From positions 288,001 through 352,000 of the forward strand of contig OY729416.1 in NCBI GenBank assembly GCA_963422265.1: a stretch of 64,000 bases of DNA, written 5' to 3'. Positions 36,593 through 46,815 of this stretch are shown in pieces. Made by a program: the position numbers and the translations under genes. The notes under the pieces are model-generated. The model saw only the letters and a program-made list of their open reading frames with translations, was not told where the DNA came from and did not search any database. Source of the DNA: Thermodesulfobacteriota bacterium (GTDB lineage Bacteria > Desulfobacterota_D > UBA1144 > Nemesobacterales > UBA2774). The number at the start of each line of letters is the position of its first letter. Position 1 is the stretch's first letter.

Positions 36593-37660
36593 CTATAGTT
36601 TCTCAACGGTATCAAGTACCTTCTCGGCAATTTTCGTAAAAGACTTAGCTGCTGTGCTCTCGGGATAAGACTCTACTATTGGCACTCCCGAATCTCCGCC
36701 CTTTCTGATCTTTGGGTCTATAGGTATCTCGCCTAGGAACGGCACGCCGAATTTTTCAGCCATTTTTCTCCCTCCGCCTCTACCAAAGATATCTATCGGC
36801 TCACCCCCACCGGCGTTTTCAAGGTAGCTCATGTTTTCTACTATACCGATTATGGGAACGTTTAATTTTCTGAACATCTGCACGCCACGCTTAACGTCTA
36901 TAAGCGCTACGTCTTGAGGAGTGGTTATGATTAACCCCCCGCTTATAGGCACGGTTTGCGCTAGGGACAGTTGGGCGTCACCCGTTCCAGGAGGAAGGTC
37001 TATTACAAGGTGCTCCGTATCGCCCCACCTAACGTCTTCTATAAACTGCTTAATCGCCCCGTGAACCATAGGACCACGCCATATTACCGTTTCATCTTCA
37101 TTGATCAGGAAGCCGATTGACATAAGTTTAAGGCCGAATTTGGAGAGCGGTATTATTTTGTTGTCTTCGGTTGCTCTGGGTCTTTCTTTTACACCTAGCA
37201 TTATAGGCGTGCTCGGACCCCAGATGTCCGCGTCCATAAGTCCTACTCTATCTCTCATCTGAGCAAGCGCTACGGCTACGTTCACCGCGACGGTGGATTT
37301 GCCCACCCCGCCTTTGCCGCTCGCAACAGCAATGTAGTATTTAACGTCCGGCAGCTTCCCCGCTTGTGGCTTGGCTTGCCCACGTTCCCGTCCTTGTACA
37401 GGAGGGCTTTTAGGTTGTCTTGCCGATATGTGAATTGCTACATCGGAAACCCCCGATATGCTCGTAACGACGGATCTTATGGATTTCTCAATCTCAGTCC
37501 CAATACGTTTATCAGACTTCGGTAGCACAAGAGACAACTCTACTTTATTGCCTTGTATGTTTATATCTTTTACGATACCAAACGATACGATGTCTCTTGT
37601 AAATCCGGGATATTTTACGTTTTTAAGGACTCTGCGGATTTCGTCAACGTTAAGCTCCAT
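36593..37660 (-). CDS. mrp: Mrp/ApbC Fe-S cluster carrier ATPase
   Basis: N-terminal DUF59, SGKGGVGKST, WRGPM, DLPPGTGD, ENMS. Confidence 0.93.
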   Translation of the reverse strand: MELNVDEIRRVLKNVKYPGFTRDIVSFGIVKDINIQGNKVELSLVLPKSDKRIGTEIEKSIRSVVTSISGVSDVAIHISARQPKSPPVQGRERGQAKPQAGKLPDVKYYIAVASGKGGVGKSTVAVNVAVALAQMRDRVGLMDADIWGPSTPIMLGVKERPRATEDNKIIPLSKFGLKLMSIGFLINEDETVIWRGPMVHGAIKQFIEDVRWGDTEHLVIDLPPGTGDAQLSLAQTVPISGGLIITTPQDVALIDVKRGVQMFRKLNVPIIGIVENMSYLENAGGGEPIDIFGRGGGRKMAEKFGVPFLGEIPIDPKIRKGGDSGVPIVESYPESTAAKSFTKIAEKVLDTVEKL

Positions 37661-37681
37661 TATATTCTTGTTGCGCTCCTT

Positions 37682-38098
37682 TTAAGCTATGCCCAGCTTT
37701 TGTTTAGCTTCCTCTGTCATCATGTCAGGATTCCAAGGTGGATCCCATACTACTTCAACGAGCACGTTCTTGGCTCCCGCTTCCTTTATCGCCTCTTCGG
37801 CCTGACTGGCTATCATAGCCCCCATACCACATCCCGGGGTAGTCAAGGTCATTTTAAGGTTGACGTTCTTACCCGAAGAGATAGCTACGTTATAGATAAG
37901 CCCTAAGTCAACTATACTTACAGGGATCTCTGGATCATATACTTTCCCAAGCGCTTCATATACGCGGTTCTCAGTTAATGGATGCTGGGTCTCGCTTTTT
38001 TCAGGCTTTTCAAACTTCTTAAAGGTTACGCCCTTTTCCGAAGGGACCGCAGGCGGGTCTTTCTTTATACTTATTATTTTCCTCATTCCCATTTTCAA
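37682..38098 (-). CDS. DUF59/SufT-like Fe-S assembly protein
   Basis: VYDPEIPVSIVDLGLIY, MTLTTPGC, VWDPPW. Confidence 0.9.
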   Translation of the reverse strand: MKMGMRKIISIKKDPPAVPSEKGVTFKKFEKPEKSETQHPLTENRVYEALGKVYDPEIPVSIVDLGLIYNVAISSGKNVNLKMTLTTPGCGMGAMIASQAEEAIKEAGAKNVLVEVVWDPPWNPDMMTEEAKQKLGIA

Positions 38099-38202
38099 TA
38101 CCCTCCTATTCCTAAAATATCATATCACTTCTAAGGTTACCTGCTTTATCTAAAGATAGTTAGCTCCATGCGTTAGATATAATACATGTCTAATTATATG
38201 TT

Positions 38203-39402
38203 ATGCTACATAAAATGGAACTGCTAAAATTACGTGATTCAGAGCAGGTCAAACTTTTATCAAACGTTCAGTTTCTCTACGAATTACACCTTGCATCCTT
38301 AGAATTATCGTCTTTTTGTTCCCAATGGGAATTTCTTTCCGACTTCCGTTCTTTTGCAGTCAAAGATCCTGAGATTGATAATATCCTCACGCGTTCTGCT
38401 TACATATCAGGAGCGAACGGGGTTTCCTCTGACTATGCGAAGCTCACGAATTACAATATAACGCGATCTTTCAATCAATATATAACGCACTGGTTTTATC
38501 CATACAAAGGTAAATACCATCCTCAGATGGTTCGCTCTCTTGCAAATATAATAGGATTGAAATCGGGAGATACTCTGCTTGATCCCTTTATAGGGAGTGG
38601 TACAACTGCACTAGAAGGGGCTTTGCTCAATTTGAGAGTAGTAGGGTTTGATATATCCCCCTTATGCGTCTTAATTAGCAAAGTCAAAACCAATGCCGTT
38701 CATCATCTCCCCGAAATTAGTCAATACTATCCTAATGACCTTGAGAAAGGTAGCCGTATAAGAATGGGCGATATGGTTGAGTGTATGAGTGACCACGTCA
38801 AGAGTTTTGGTTTGTTAGCAAAGATGATTGCAACCAGTGATAACGCCAGGCGTAATCGTGATTTTACCGAAATGCTTATTCATAATGAGAATAAAATGAT
38901 TAAAAGCATACAGCTAATGAAAAACGCCTGTGCAGAAATACAAATTTCGCCAACACTGGCGGACATAAGGATAGGAGATGCTCGTTGCTTGCCTTTACCT
39001 GATAATAGCGTGGATGGAATAATAACCTCTCCACCTTACTCGTTAGCCCTGGACTATGTTGCTAATGATTCTCATTCACTAGAAGCACTTGGATATGACT
39101 TGAGTACAATCAGGGAGAATTTTATAGGTGTTAGAGGCAAAGGAAAGAAGCGAATTGAATTTTATGAGCGGGATATGCTCCGTGCTTACAGTGAGATGGG
39201 TAGGGTGTTAAAACCATCGGGCAAAGCTGTCATCGTCATCGGTGATGCTACCGTTAATGGAAATAAGGTACATACAACGGAAAAGTGTATTGAGACCTTT
39301 GCTAAACTCGGATTCAAGCTCATTCATACTGTGGATAAGCTAATTTATGGTCTATACAATGTAATGCAAAGAGAGTTTATACTTATTTTTGAAAGATATT
39401 AG
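38203..39402 (+). CDS. DNA methyltransferase, probably N4-cytosine, alpha motif order
   Basis: YPYKGKY, LDPFIGSGTT (motif I) upstream of ITSPPY (motif IV). Confidence 0.85.
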   Translation: MLHKMELLKLRDSEQVKLLSNVQFLYELHLASLELSSFCSQWEFLSDFRSFAVKDPEIDNILTRSAYISGANGVSSDYAKLTNYNITRSFNQYITHWFYPYKGKYHPQMVRSLANIIGLKSGDTLLDPFIGSGTTALEGALLNLRVVGFDISPLCVLISKVKTNAVHHLPEISQYYPNDLEKGSRIRMGDMVECMSDHVKSFGLLAKMIATSDNARRNRDFTEMLIHNENKMIKSIQLMKNACAEIQISPTLADIRIGDARCLPLPDNSVDGIITSPPYSLALDYVANDSHSLEALGYDLSTIRENFIGVRGKGKKRIEFYERDMLRAYSEMGRVLKPSGKAVIVIGDATVNGNKVHTTEKCIETFAKLGFKLIHTVDKLIYGLYNVMQREFILIFERY

Positions 39403-39411
39403 GGATTACCG

Positions 39412-40100
39412 ATGAAGCGAGAGCAAATAGAAGGAAAGCAACTTGAGCAGCTTAAAGAAGCGGCAAAGATTTTTATAAAACCGATGGAAAAGCTTCCTTT
39501 TCCTGTTGTGATAGAGGCGATGACTGGTTACCAACTGATTCCGTACATTGAAGAAGATGACAAAGGATTAATAGATGCCCTTTCCAAATGTTGTATCAAG
39601 ACAGTGGACGATTCTGAAAGACACCCGATAACTGCCAATCGTCCAAATGATGTTAAGCACTCAAGTAGAAAAGATGATTCAAAAAAATCTAAATGCCGGT
39701 GGGATCACTTCTGAGAAACCAAAATCGCAAGTGAAGGGATCCGCTTTCCCGCAAGGCTATCCTGATTTGTTACTTTGGGAGGGGGTGAGGCCAACCTACT
39801 TAGAAGTAAAGGTCTCTAGGGTGGAAAATATTTCTAGGGGTTCTGCGAGAAATTTTTTCTATCAGCCAACGCGGAATTCAAAAATTGCGTATAGTGCTAG
39901 ACATATTTTATGCGGCTTTTCAATCTCTGAACAAAGCGAGAAAAAATGGGTATTAAAGAGATGGAAAATTACGGACTTATGGTTTCTCAGGGTTAAGCTC
40001 AAACCTGAATACAATGCAGACAATCTTGGCAGACAATCTTGAAATTTATAGACAGGAAGCAATTATATTGGAAGGGGACGGGAAGAAAATTACGAGTTGA
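39412..40100 (+). pseudogene. Type II restriction endonuclease (PD-(D/E)xK) pseudogene
   Basis: Follows the MTase; GYPD..YLEVK motif; +1 shift near 39655 and a 13-bp duplication at 40016-40041; repaired end YNADNLEIYRQEAIILEGDGKKITS-stop 40100. Confidence 0.75.
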
Positions 40101-40329
40101 TTTTGATAAATGCTTATATGAGGTATCACCCGACATGGTGCTAGGTTCCATAAGATACTATTCAGAGGGCAAAAGTCATTTATTAAAAATGTCTGATTAG
40201 ACCATGTTGGGCAAGAACGTCATATAATTCCCAAATTACACCTGCATCCTTGAAACGACAACGCCTTAGAGTATATTTACACCCCGAATGTCTCTAATGA
40301 TTTATTTTCCTTTGAGGAATGCATCTTAA

Positions 40330-41847
40330 ATGGATTTGCTTTTAAGTGGTAACCTGTCGTTAATAATTTTCTTTCCCCTAGTGGGAATACCACTCATTAT
40401 TTTTGTCTCTTATTTATACAATAACGATGAAGAGTCCATAAAGAGAAGCGCTTTGGTAGTAACTCTTATTGAGTTCTTATTGTCAATCCCTCTATTTACG
40501 GCTTTTGAAACGGGGGATGCTGATATGCAGTTTGTAACCAAAATCCCGTGGATTGAAAGTCTTGGCGTCAGCTACCACGTCGGCGTTGACGGTATCAGCC
40601 TTCTATTAGTTCTTCTTACGACCTTTATTATGCCCATTACTATCCTGAGTTCATGGCGGGCTATCAATAAGGGTATGCGTGAATTCTTGATACTTACGCT
40701 ATTACTTGAGTCAGCCCTGATAGGCACATTCGCGGCGCTGGATATGATCCTGTTTTTCGTATTTTGGGAAGCCGTGCTTATACCGATGTACTTTATAATA
40801 GGTATATGGGGTACTGAGCGGAGAGTTTACGCCGCAATCAAGTTTTTTATCTATACGGCGTTCGGAAGCGCCCTTATGCTCATAGCTATTTTTTACCTTT
40901 TCTTCGCTCACTTAAATCAGTTCGGCTTCTCTTCAATGAACGTGCTTGATTTTTATAGAGTGTCTCTCCCCTATTACGGCGTAATTAGCCCGCAGGGGCT
41001 AGCGTTTCTAGCGTTTTTACTCGCTTTCGCGATCAAGGTGCCAATGTTTCCATTTCATACTTGGCTTCCTGACGCGCACGTTGAAGCCCCCACGGCTGGA
41101 AGCGTAATACTCGCAGCCGTGCTTCTTAAGATGGGAACCTACGGTTTTTTAAGGTTCTTGCTGCCATTTTTTCCTGAGGCGACGGTAGCTTATCTACCCC
41201 TTCTCCTCACTATTGCGATAGTGGGGATAATCTATGGTGCTATGGTCGCGTTTGCTCAGAAGGACCTTAAAAAGCTAGTGGCTTACTCTAGCGTGAGTCA
41301 CCTAGGTATGGTTATGCTTGGGATTCTTGTTCTTAACTTTCATGGTATTCAGGGTGGAATTTATCATATGGTAAATCACGGGCTTTCTACGGGCGCGCTC
41401 TTTTTAATGGTTGGAATGATTTACGAAAGGCGACACACTAAGAAAATCGCTGATTTTGGGGGTATTGCTAAAGTAATGCCGATATTCGCAGCGTTTTTCA
41501 TGCTTGCTACGCTTTCATCCATAGGACTTCCCCTCTTAAATGGCTTTGTAGGTGAGTTCCTGATACTTCTTGGGGCATTTGAGTTTAACTACGTGTGCGC
41601 CATACTAGGCGCAACCGGCGTGGTGCTAGGAGCGGTTTACATGCTCTGGGCATATCAAAAGGTTATGTTTGGATCTCTATCTAGTCCAGCTAATAAAGTT
41701 CTTATGGATGTAAATATAAGGGAAATTTTGGTTCTTCTTCCGCTTGCCGTTATGATGTTTGTAATGGGGGTTTATCCTGCACCGTTTCTATCTAGGATTG
41801 AGCCTTCGGTTCGGGCTTTGTTGGATAGTAAACTATTACTCTATTGA
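40330..41847 (+). CDS. nuoM: NADH-quinone oxidoreductase subunit M
   Basis: GVDGISL, FWE..LIPMY, KVPMFPFHTWLPDAHVEAPTAGS, LLKMG, AYSSVSH. Confidence 0.93.
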   Translation: MDLLLSGNLSLIIFFPLVGIPLIIFVSYLYNNDEESIKRSALVVTLIEFLLSIPLFTAFETGDADMQFVTKIPWIESLGVSYHVGVDGISLLLVLLTTFIMPITILSSWRAINKGMREFLILTLLLESALIGTFAALDMILFFVFWEAVLIPMYFIIGIWGTERRVYAAIKFFIYTAFGSALMLIAIFYLFFAHLNQFGFSSMNVLDFYRVSLPYYGVISPQGLAFLAFLLAFAIKVPMFPFHTWLPDAHVEAPTAGSVILAAVLLKMGTYGFLRFLLPFFPEATVAYLPLLLTIAIVGIIYGAMVAFAQKDLKKLVAYSSVSHLGMVMLGILVLNFHGIQGGIYHMVNHGLSTGALFLMVGMIYERRHTKKIADFGGIAKVMPIFAAFFMLATLSSIGLPLLNGFVGEFLILLGAFEFNYVCAILGATGVVLGAVYMLWAYQKVMFGSLSSPANKVLMDVNIREILVLLPLAVMMFVMGVYPAPFLSRIEPSVRALLDSKLLLY

Positions 41848-41892
41848 TTCCACTGATTCCACAGTTGCGGAAATGGTGTTTGGATACTGTAA

Positions 41893-42315
41893 ATGGCGTC
41901 AAGAAAACTTCTTACTAAAAAGATGGAATTCTCGGCTTCGCACAGCTACTGGCGTCCTGAATGGAACGAGGAGAGAAATAAAGATATGTTTGGCAAGTTC
42001 GCGAGTCCCCATGGACACGGACACAACTACAGCCTTGAAGTTACAGTAGAGGGGGAGATTGATACGGAGACAGGCATGATAGTTAACCTGTATGACCTAA
42101 AAACATTAATGAAAGAGGTGTTAATTGACTTTGACCATAAGCACTTGAATAAGGATAATCCGAGATTCGAGAAACTAATTCCTACTACTGAAAACGTGGC
42201 TAAGGTGCTGTGGGAGATTTTTCAGGAAAAACTTTCCGACAATGGACAGTGTAGTCTTTACAGGATAAGGCTTTACGAGACACCGGACCTATACGTTGAT
42301 TACTGGAGGAGCTAA
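41893..42315 (+). CDS. 6-pyruvoyl-tetrahydropterin synthase/QueD-family protein (no catalytic Cys)
   Basis: FSASH..FGKFASPHGHGHNY, TGMIVNL..LK, PTTEN, LYET. Confidence 0.85.
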   Translation: MASRKLLTKKMEFSASHSYWRPEWNEERNKDMFGKFASPHGHGHNYSLEVTVEGEIDTETGMIVNLYDLKTLMKEVLIDFDHKHLNKDNPRFEKLIPTTENVAKVLWEIFQEKLSDNGQCSLYRIRLYETPDLYVDYWRS

Positions 42316-42317
42316 CC

Positions 42318-42749
42318 TTGAGGGAAGTCATTTGCGTTACGAAGAGGTACCGTTTTTCAGCCGCGCATAGGCTATACGTTAAGGGGTTTTCTGATGAAGA
42401 GAACGCAAGGATTTTTGACGCTTGCTCTAATCCAAACGGGCACGGGCACGATTACTACCTAGAGTGTAGAATATCGGGAGATATAAACCCGGAGACGGGT
42501 ATGCTAATGAATCCTGAGGAGCTTGACCGTATAGTAGATCCGGTGATCGGGGAACTCGACAACAAACGACTTGATGTGGAGGTGGCATATTTTAGGGAGT
42601 ATCAGCCAACGGGCGAGAACATTTTAAGATATTTATGGGAGCGGTTGCGCGGGCAGCTTGGAGATAGGCAGATTCATTTGAGGCTTAGTGAGACGTCTAG
42701 TAGTTATTTTGAATATTTTGAGGAGAGTAATTATCCCTATGAGTGTTAA
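42318..42749 (+). CDS. 6-pyruvoyl-tetrahydropterin synthase (CX5HGH type)
   Basis: FSAAHRL..CSNPNGHGHDY, TGML, PTGEN, LSET. Confidence 0.85.
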   Translation: MREVICVTKRYRFSAAHRLYVKGFSDEENARIFDACSNPNGHGHDYYLECRISGDINPETGMLMNPEELDRIVDPVIGELDNKRLDVEVAYFREYQPTGENILRYLWERLRGQLGDRQIHLRLSETSSSYFEYFEESNYPYEC

Positions 42750-43302
42750 GAAAGCCATCAGGCAAATTCTAGTTGATATAGGTGAAGATCCAAACAGGGA
42801 AGGGCTAAAGGACACGCCGGATAGGATGTCTAGGATGTTCAAAGAACTCACGTGGGGCTACGACGCTTCCCCCCAAGACATTATAAATGAGGCTTTGTTC
42901 AACATAGATTTTGACGAGATGGTTGTGGTTAAAGACATAGAATTCTATAGCCTTTGCGAACACCACATGCTTCCTTTTTTCGGGACGTGCAACGTGGCTT
43001 ATATTCCTAACGGAAAGATAATTGGGCTTAGTAAAATCCCGCGAATCGTAGAAGTCTTTTCAAGAAGGCTTCAGGTTCAGGAAAGGATGACAACGCAGAT
43101 CGCCGACTTTATAGATAACGCTCTTGATCCCATTGGGGTCGCCGTAGTAGCCGAAGCCCGGCACCTGTGCATGGCTATGAGGGGAATAATGAAAGCTGAC
43201 GCGAGTATGCTGACAAGCTCAATGAGGGGGGCTTTTAAGACCGATAAGAAAACCAGAGGTGAGTTCCTTAGTTTTCTAGGTAAGCGTTACCATAATACTT
43301 AA
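42739..43302 (+). CDS. folE: GTP cyclohydrolase I
   Basis: GEDPNREGLKDTPDR, SLCEHHMLPF, GLSKIPR, LQVQER, HLCM.MRG. Confidence 0.96.
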   Translation: MSVKKAIRQILVDIGEDPNREGLKDTPDRMSRMFKELTWGYDASPQDIINEALFNIDFDEMVVVKDIEFYSLCEHHMLPFFGTCNVAYIPNGKIIGLSKIPRIVEVFSRRLQVQERMTTQIADFIDNALDPIGVAVVAEARHLCMAMRGIMKADASMLTSSMRGAFKTDKKTRGEFLSFLGKRYHNT

Positions 43303-43481
43303 ATCTTTGTTGTTTTCTATACAGGTTATATTTTTCAGCTCAGCCACCCTGAACTTATGTTATCTGCGTCCATCTTTGTCTTTAGGCATCGCCCATAGGC
43401 TTTCTACTATAGAAATAGCTTGTAGATAGTATATAATTCACGTGTTGAATTTATAGTTGGAACCGAAAGAGGAATGGTTCT

Positions 43482-44804
43482 ATGTTGCAAGTAGTCGTCG
43501 TCGGGTTAAGTTACAGGACGGCGCCAGTAGAATTGAGAGAGCGTTTTAGCGTTGCTCAGGACGAGCTTGAATCAAAGCTTGTCAACCTGAGCGATGAGGG
43601 CAAAGTTGAAGAGTGCTTGATACTTTCTACCTGCAACAGGATAGAGGTGTACGCAGTATCCAAGGACGTATATTCCTCCGTTGAAGAAATTAACGGTTTT
43701 CTCGCAGAATCCGCTGGGGTTCCTACGAAGAGCTTGTCTCAGTGCGTGTATGTGTCGGTCGGAGGTATGGCTGTGAAGCATTTATATAGGGTCGCATCCG
43801 GTATAGATTCCATGGTCATTGGGGAACCACAAATATTGGGGCAGGTAAAGCAAGCCTATAAAACCTCTGTCCTGAGGGGGACTGCGGGGCTTATTCTTAA
43901 CAGGCTCTGCCATTCTGCGTTCTTCGTGGCAAAAAAAGTGCGTTCCGAGACTGGTATAGGTTCAAGGGCAGTTTCAGTGAGTTATGTTGCGGTAGAACTG
44001 GCGAAGAGAATCTTTGACGACTTGTCTAAAAGAGCCGTTATGCTTATAGGTTCGGGTGACATGGCTGAACTTGCGGCGAAAAATCTTCTTAGATCGGGTG
44101 TGGGCGAGTTGTTGATAGCGAGTAGAAATTTTGATCACTCGTCTTCGCTGTCTCGTAAGCTCAACGGCAAGCCAATTAAGTATGACGAGCGTCTTTATTT
44201 CTTAAAGGATGTAGATATAGTGATCACGGCTACGGGCTCTCCAGATTTCATTATCAAGCCCAGTCACGTTCGGCAGGCGCTCAAGTTAAGAAGAAACGAG
44301 CCTATATTTATGATAGATATAGCCGTCCCTCGGAATATAGATCCCAGGGTAGAGGAGCTTTCTGATATCTATTTATACGATATAGATGACTTAAAAAACG
44401 TTCTGGATAAGAACGTAAAGACAAGGCGTGCAGACGCTGAGAAGGCTGAGGAGATCGTGTCTGACGCGGAAAAAGCCTTTGGAGCGTGGATCAATAGTCT
44501 CAAGGTCGTCCCAACTATTATAGATCTTAAAAATAGATTTGAGTCTATCAAAAAAACTGAGGTTGAACGGACGCTTGTAAAACTAGGCAGTTTTACCGAT
44601 AGGGATAAAGATGCCGTTAATCTCATGGCTTCCAGAATCATAGATAAAATCCTACATAACCCTCTGACCAATCTGAAAAAAGAGGCTTCTACCTCTTTAG
44701 GAGCCTTATACGTAGATTCAGTGAAAAGGCTATTTGAGCTTGAGAGCAAAATTCTCGTGGTTGAGGAAGAGGAAGATGAATTGGCCATTCAGAATTGGAA
44801 CTAG
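43482..44804 (+). CDS. hemA: Glutamyl-tRNA reductase
   Basis: LSTCNRIE, SGIDSMVIGEPQILGQVK, DIAVPRNI. Confidence 0.96.
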   Translation: MLQVVVVGLSYRTAPVELRERFSVAQDELESKLVNLSDEGKVEECLILSTCNRIEVYAVSKDVYSSVEEINGFLAESAGVPTKSLSQCVYVSVGGMAVKHLYRVASGIDSMVIGEPQILGQVKQAYKTSVLRGTAGLILNRLCHSAFFVAKKVRSETGIGSRAVSVSYVAVELAKRIFDDLSKRAVMLIGSGDMAELAAKNLLRSGVGELLIASRNFDHSSSLSRKLNGKPIKYDERLYFLKDVDIVITATGSPDFIIKPSHVRQALKLRRNEPIFMIDIAVPRNIDPRVEELSDIYLYDIDDLKNVLDKNVKTRRADAEKAEEIVSDAEKAFGAWINSLKVVPTIIDLKNRFESIKKTEVERTLVKLGSFTDRDKDAVNLMASRIIDKILHNPLTNLKKEASTSLGALYVDSVKRLFELESKILVVEEEEDELAIQNWN

Positions 44805-45702
44805 AGGGAGCAGTCTAGCTTTATGGCAGGCTAGTTTCATAGAGCATTTACTATTAAAAGAATTTCCAAACCTTAAATCCGAAATAATAGCCATAAAAAC
44901 GACAGGCGATAAAATGAGCGCCTCTCCTCTTTCAAAGATTGGGGGGAAAGGCGTTTTTGTTAAAGAGATAGAAGAAGCTCTTATTTCTAAGAGTATAGAT
45001 ATAGCTGTTCATAGTATGAAGGACTTGCCTACTTTACTTCCGACGAACCTCGCGATCGGTGGTGTGGCTAAAAGGTATGAGCCAAGGGACGCGTTGATTT
45101 CAGCGAACGGGTTTAAGCTTGCCGAACTCCCTCAGGGGGCGAGGGTAGGTACGGGAAGTTTAAGGCGTGCCTCACAATTGATTTATAGCTTTCCCGGGCT
45201 CAGGATTGTTCCTATAAGGGGTAACGTGGATACCAGAATCAGAAGGTTGAAAGAATCTGGTGAGTTTGACGCGATAATTCTGGCGATGGCGGGTCTTGAA
45301 CGTATGGGGTTGAGTAGTGAGGCGAGCGAAGTAGTATCGGCAGATTTGCTTTTACCTGCACCTGGACAGGGGGCGATCGCCGTTGAATGCAGAAAAGGGG
45401 ATGAGCGGGTTTTTGAGATGCTTTTACGAATTAGCCACGAGGAGACTAGAATTGAGGTAGCGGCTGAGAGGGCTTTCCTTAGAGAGCTTTCGGCAGATTG
45501 CAACGTTCCAGTGGGAGCTTACGCTTCAATTGATAAGGATTCGTTAAGTATTACAGGGCTAGTTGCCTCTCCTGATGGTAAGGAGATTATTAGAAAAGAA
45601 AAAAGGGGTTCTAGGGAAGAAGCTGAGGCTCTCGGTCAGGGGTTAGCGGGGCTTATATTAAGTGACGGTGGAGATAAGATACTAGCGAAACTTAGATTGT
45701 AA
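44776..45702 (+). CDS. hemC: Hydroxymethylbilane synthase
   Basis: RIGTRGSSLALWQA, GGKGVFVKEIE, AVHSMKD, RGNVDTR, PAPGQG. Confidence 0.96.
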   Translation: MNWPFRIGTRGSSLALWQASFIEHLLLKEFPNLKSEIIAIKTTGDKMSASPLSKIGGKGVFVKEIEEALISKSIDIAVHSMKDLPTLLPTNLAIGGVAKRYEPRDALISANGFKLAELPQGARVGTGSLRRASQLIYSFPGLRIVPIRGNVDTRIRRLKESGEFDAIILAMAGLERMGLSSEASEVVSADLLLPAPGQGAIAVECRKGDERVFEMLLRISHEETRIEVAAERAFLRELSADCNVPVGAYASIDKDSLSITGLVASPDGKEIIRKEKRGSREEAEALGQGLAGLILSDGGDKILAKLRL

Positions 45703-45744
45703 TAGTCTCTCCATCTGTTATTATCTGTATAAGGGAGATGTTGG

Positions 45745-46596
45745 ATGTATTCTCAAAATCCTTCGGAGGTCTGTTTTTCTTTTCTGGACGTTGAGACGAC
45801 TGGACTCGATCCTTATTCGGGCGATAAAATCTGTGAAATAGCGATACTGAAAACGATAGATGAAAAGGTTATAGACGATTACGTTACGCTTGTTAATCCC
45901 GGGAAATCCATTTCTACAGGGGCGAGTGCAGTTAATGGTATAACTGATGATATGATTAGAGGAGCACCGTTCTTTAGAGATATTGCCGAGGACGTTGTAT
46001 CTTTTCTAAACAACACCGTGATTGTCGCTCATAATGCGAAGTTTGATATGCACTTTTTAAGTATGGAGCTAGGCGCACTTAGGCTTTCCTCGCCTGAATT
46101 TCACGTTATAGATACCCTGCGAATAGCAAGAAGATATTACAAGTTTTATAGTAATAGCCTCGGACAGATAGCACGGTGTATAGGGCTTCCCGCTCGTTAT
46201 GAACATCGTGCGCTTGCGGACGTGCAGACTACCAAGAAAGTTTTTGAATACTTTCTCATGGATTTAGGTAAAAGAAGAGGAATAAGGTTAAACAAGTTAA
46301 AAGACGTGCTAAAGTTACAAGGGGTGGACTTTGAGTCTCAAGAGGAACCAAACAGGCTAGCAATTCCCCCCGAGATAACGATTCCCTCTGAGATAGAGAA
46401 TGCTCTTAGGACTAAGGGTAAACTCCAAATCACGTATGTTTCGGCTTGTGAAGAAAAGACTACGAGAGTGATAGAACCCCTTGGTATAAGCGTGGATATG
46501 GAGAATGTTTGCCTACACGCCTTTTGTCCTCTGAGAAAGAAGAAACGCACTTTCAGGCTAGACAGAATATTGGAAATTAAGCCCTTAAGCGCATAG
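45745..46596 (+). CDS. DEDDh (DnaQ-like) 3'-5' exonuclease fused to a C-terminal WYL domain
   Basis: DVETTG / HNAKFD / HRALAD; C-terminal ITY..RVIEP..LHAFCPLR..RTFRLDRI. Confidence 0.85.
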   Translation: MYSQNPSEVCFSFLDVETTGLDPYSGDKICEIAILKTIDEKVIDDYVTLVNPGKSISTGASAVNGITDDMIRGAPFFRDIAEDVVSFLNNTVIVAHNAKFDMHFLSMELGALRLSSPEFHVIDTLRIARRYYKFYSNSLGQIARCIGLPARYEHRALADVQTTKKVFEYFLMDLGKRRGIRLNKLKDVLKLQGVDFESQEEPNRLAIPPEITIPSEIENALRTKGKLQITYVSACEEKTTRVIEPLGISVDMENVCLHAFCPLRKKKRTFRLDRILEIKPLSA

Positions 46597-46647
46597 TGGC
46601 TTGAGATACTGCATCTATTCTGAGTATCGAGATAAATACGGAAAGAC

Positions 46648-46676
46648 TTGACAGTAATTATTATTTCTAATAATAT
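46648..46676 (+). promoter_or_regulatory. Sigma70-like promoter of the tRNA gene
   Basis: TTGACA-17 nt-TAATAT just upstream of the tRNA. Confidence 0.6.
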
Positions 46677-46693
46677 ATATTTTCCTATTCAGA

Positions 46694-46770
<77 letters not shown>

Positions 46771-46815
46771 ATACTATCAGTATTATTCCTCTTTTTGGAT
46801 TAAAGGAGGGTATGA

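Noticed and set aside
39412-40042. Two separate small genes (100 aa and 131 aa)
   Set aside because: They join into one PD-(D/E)xK reading frame once two lesions are repaired
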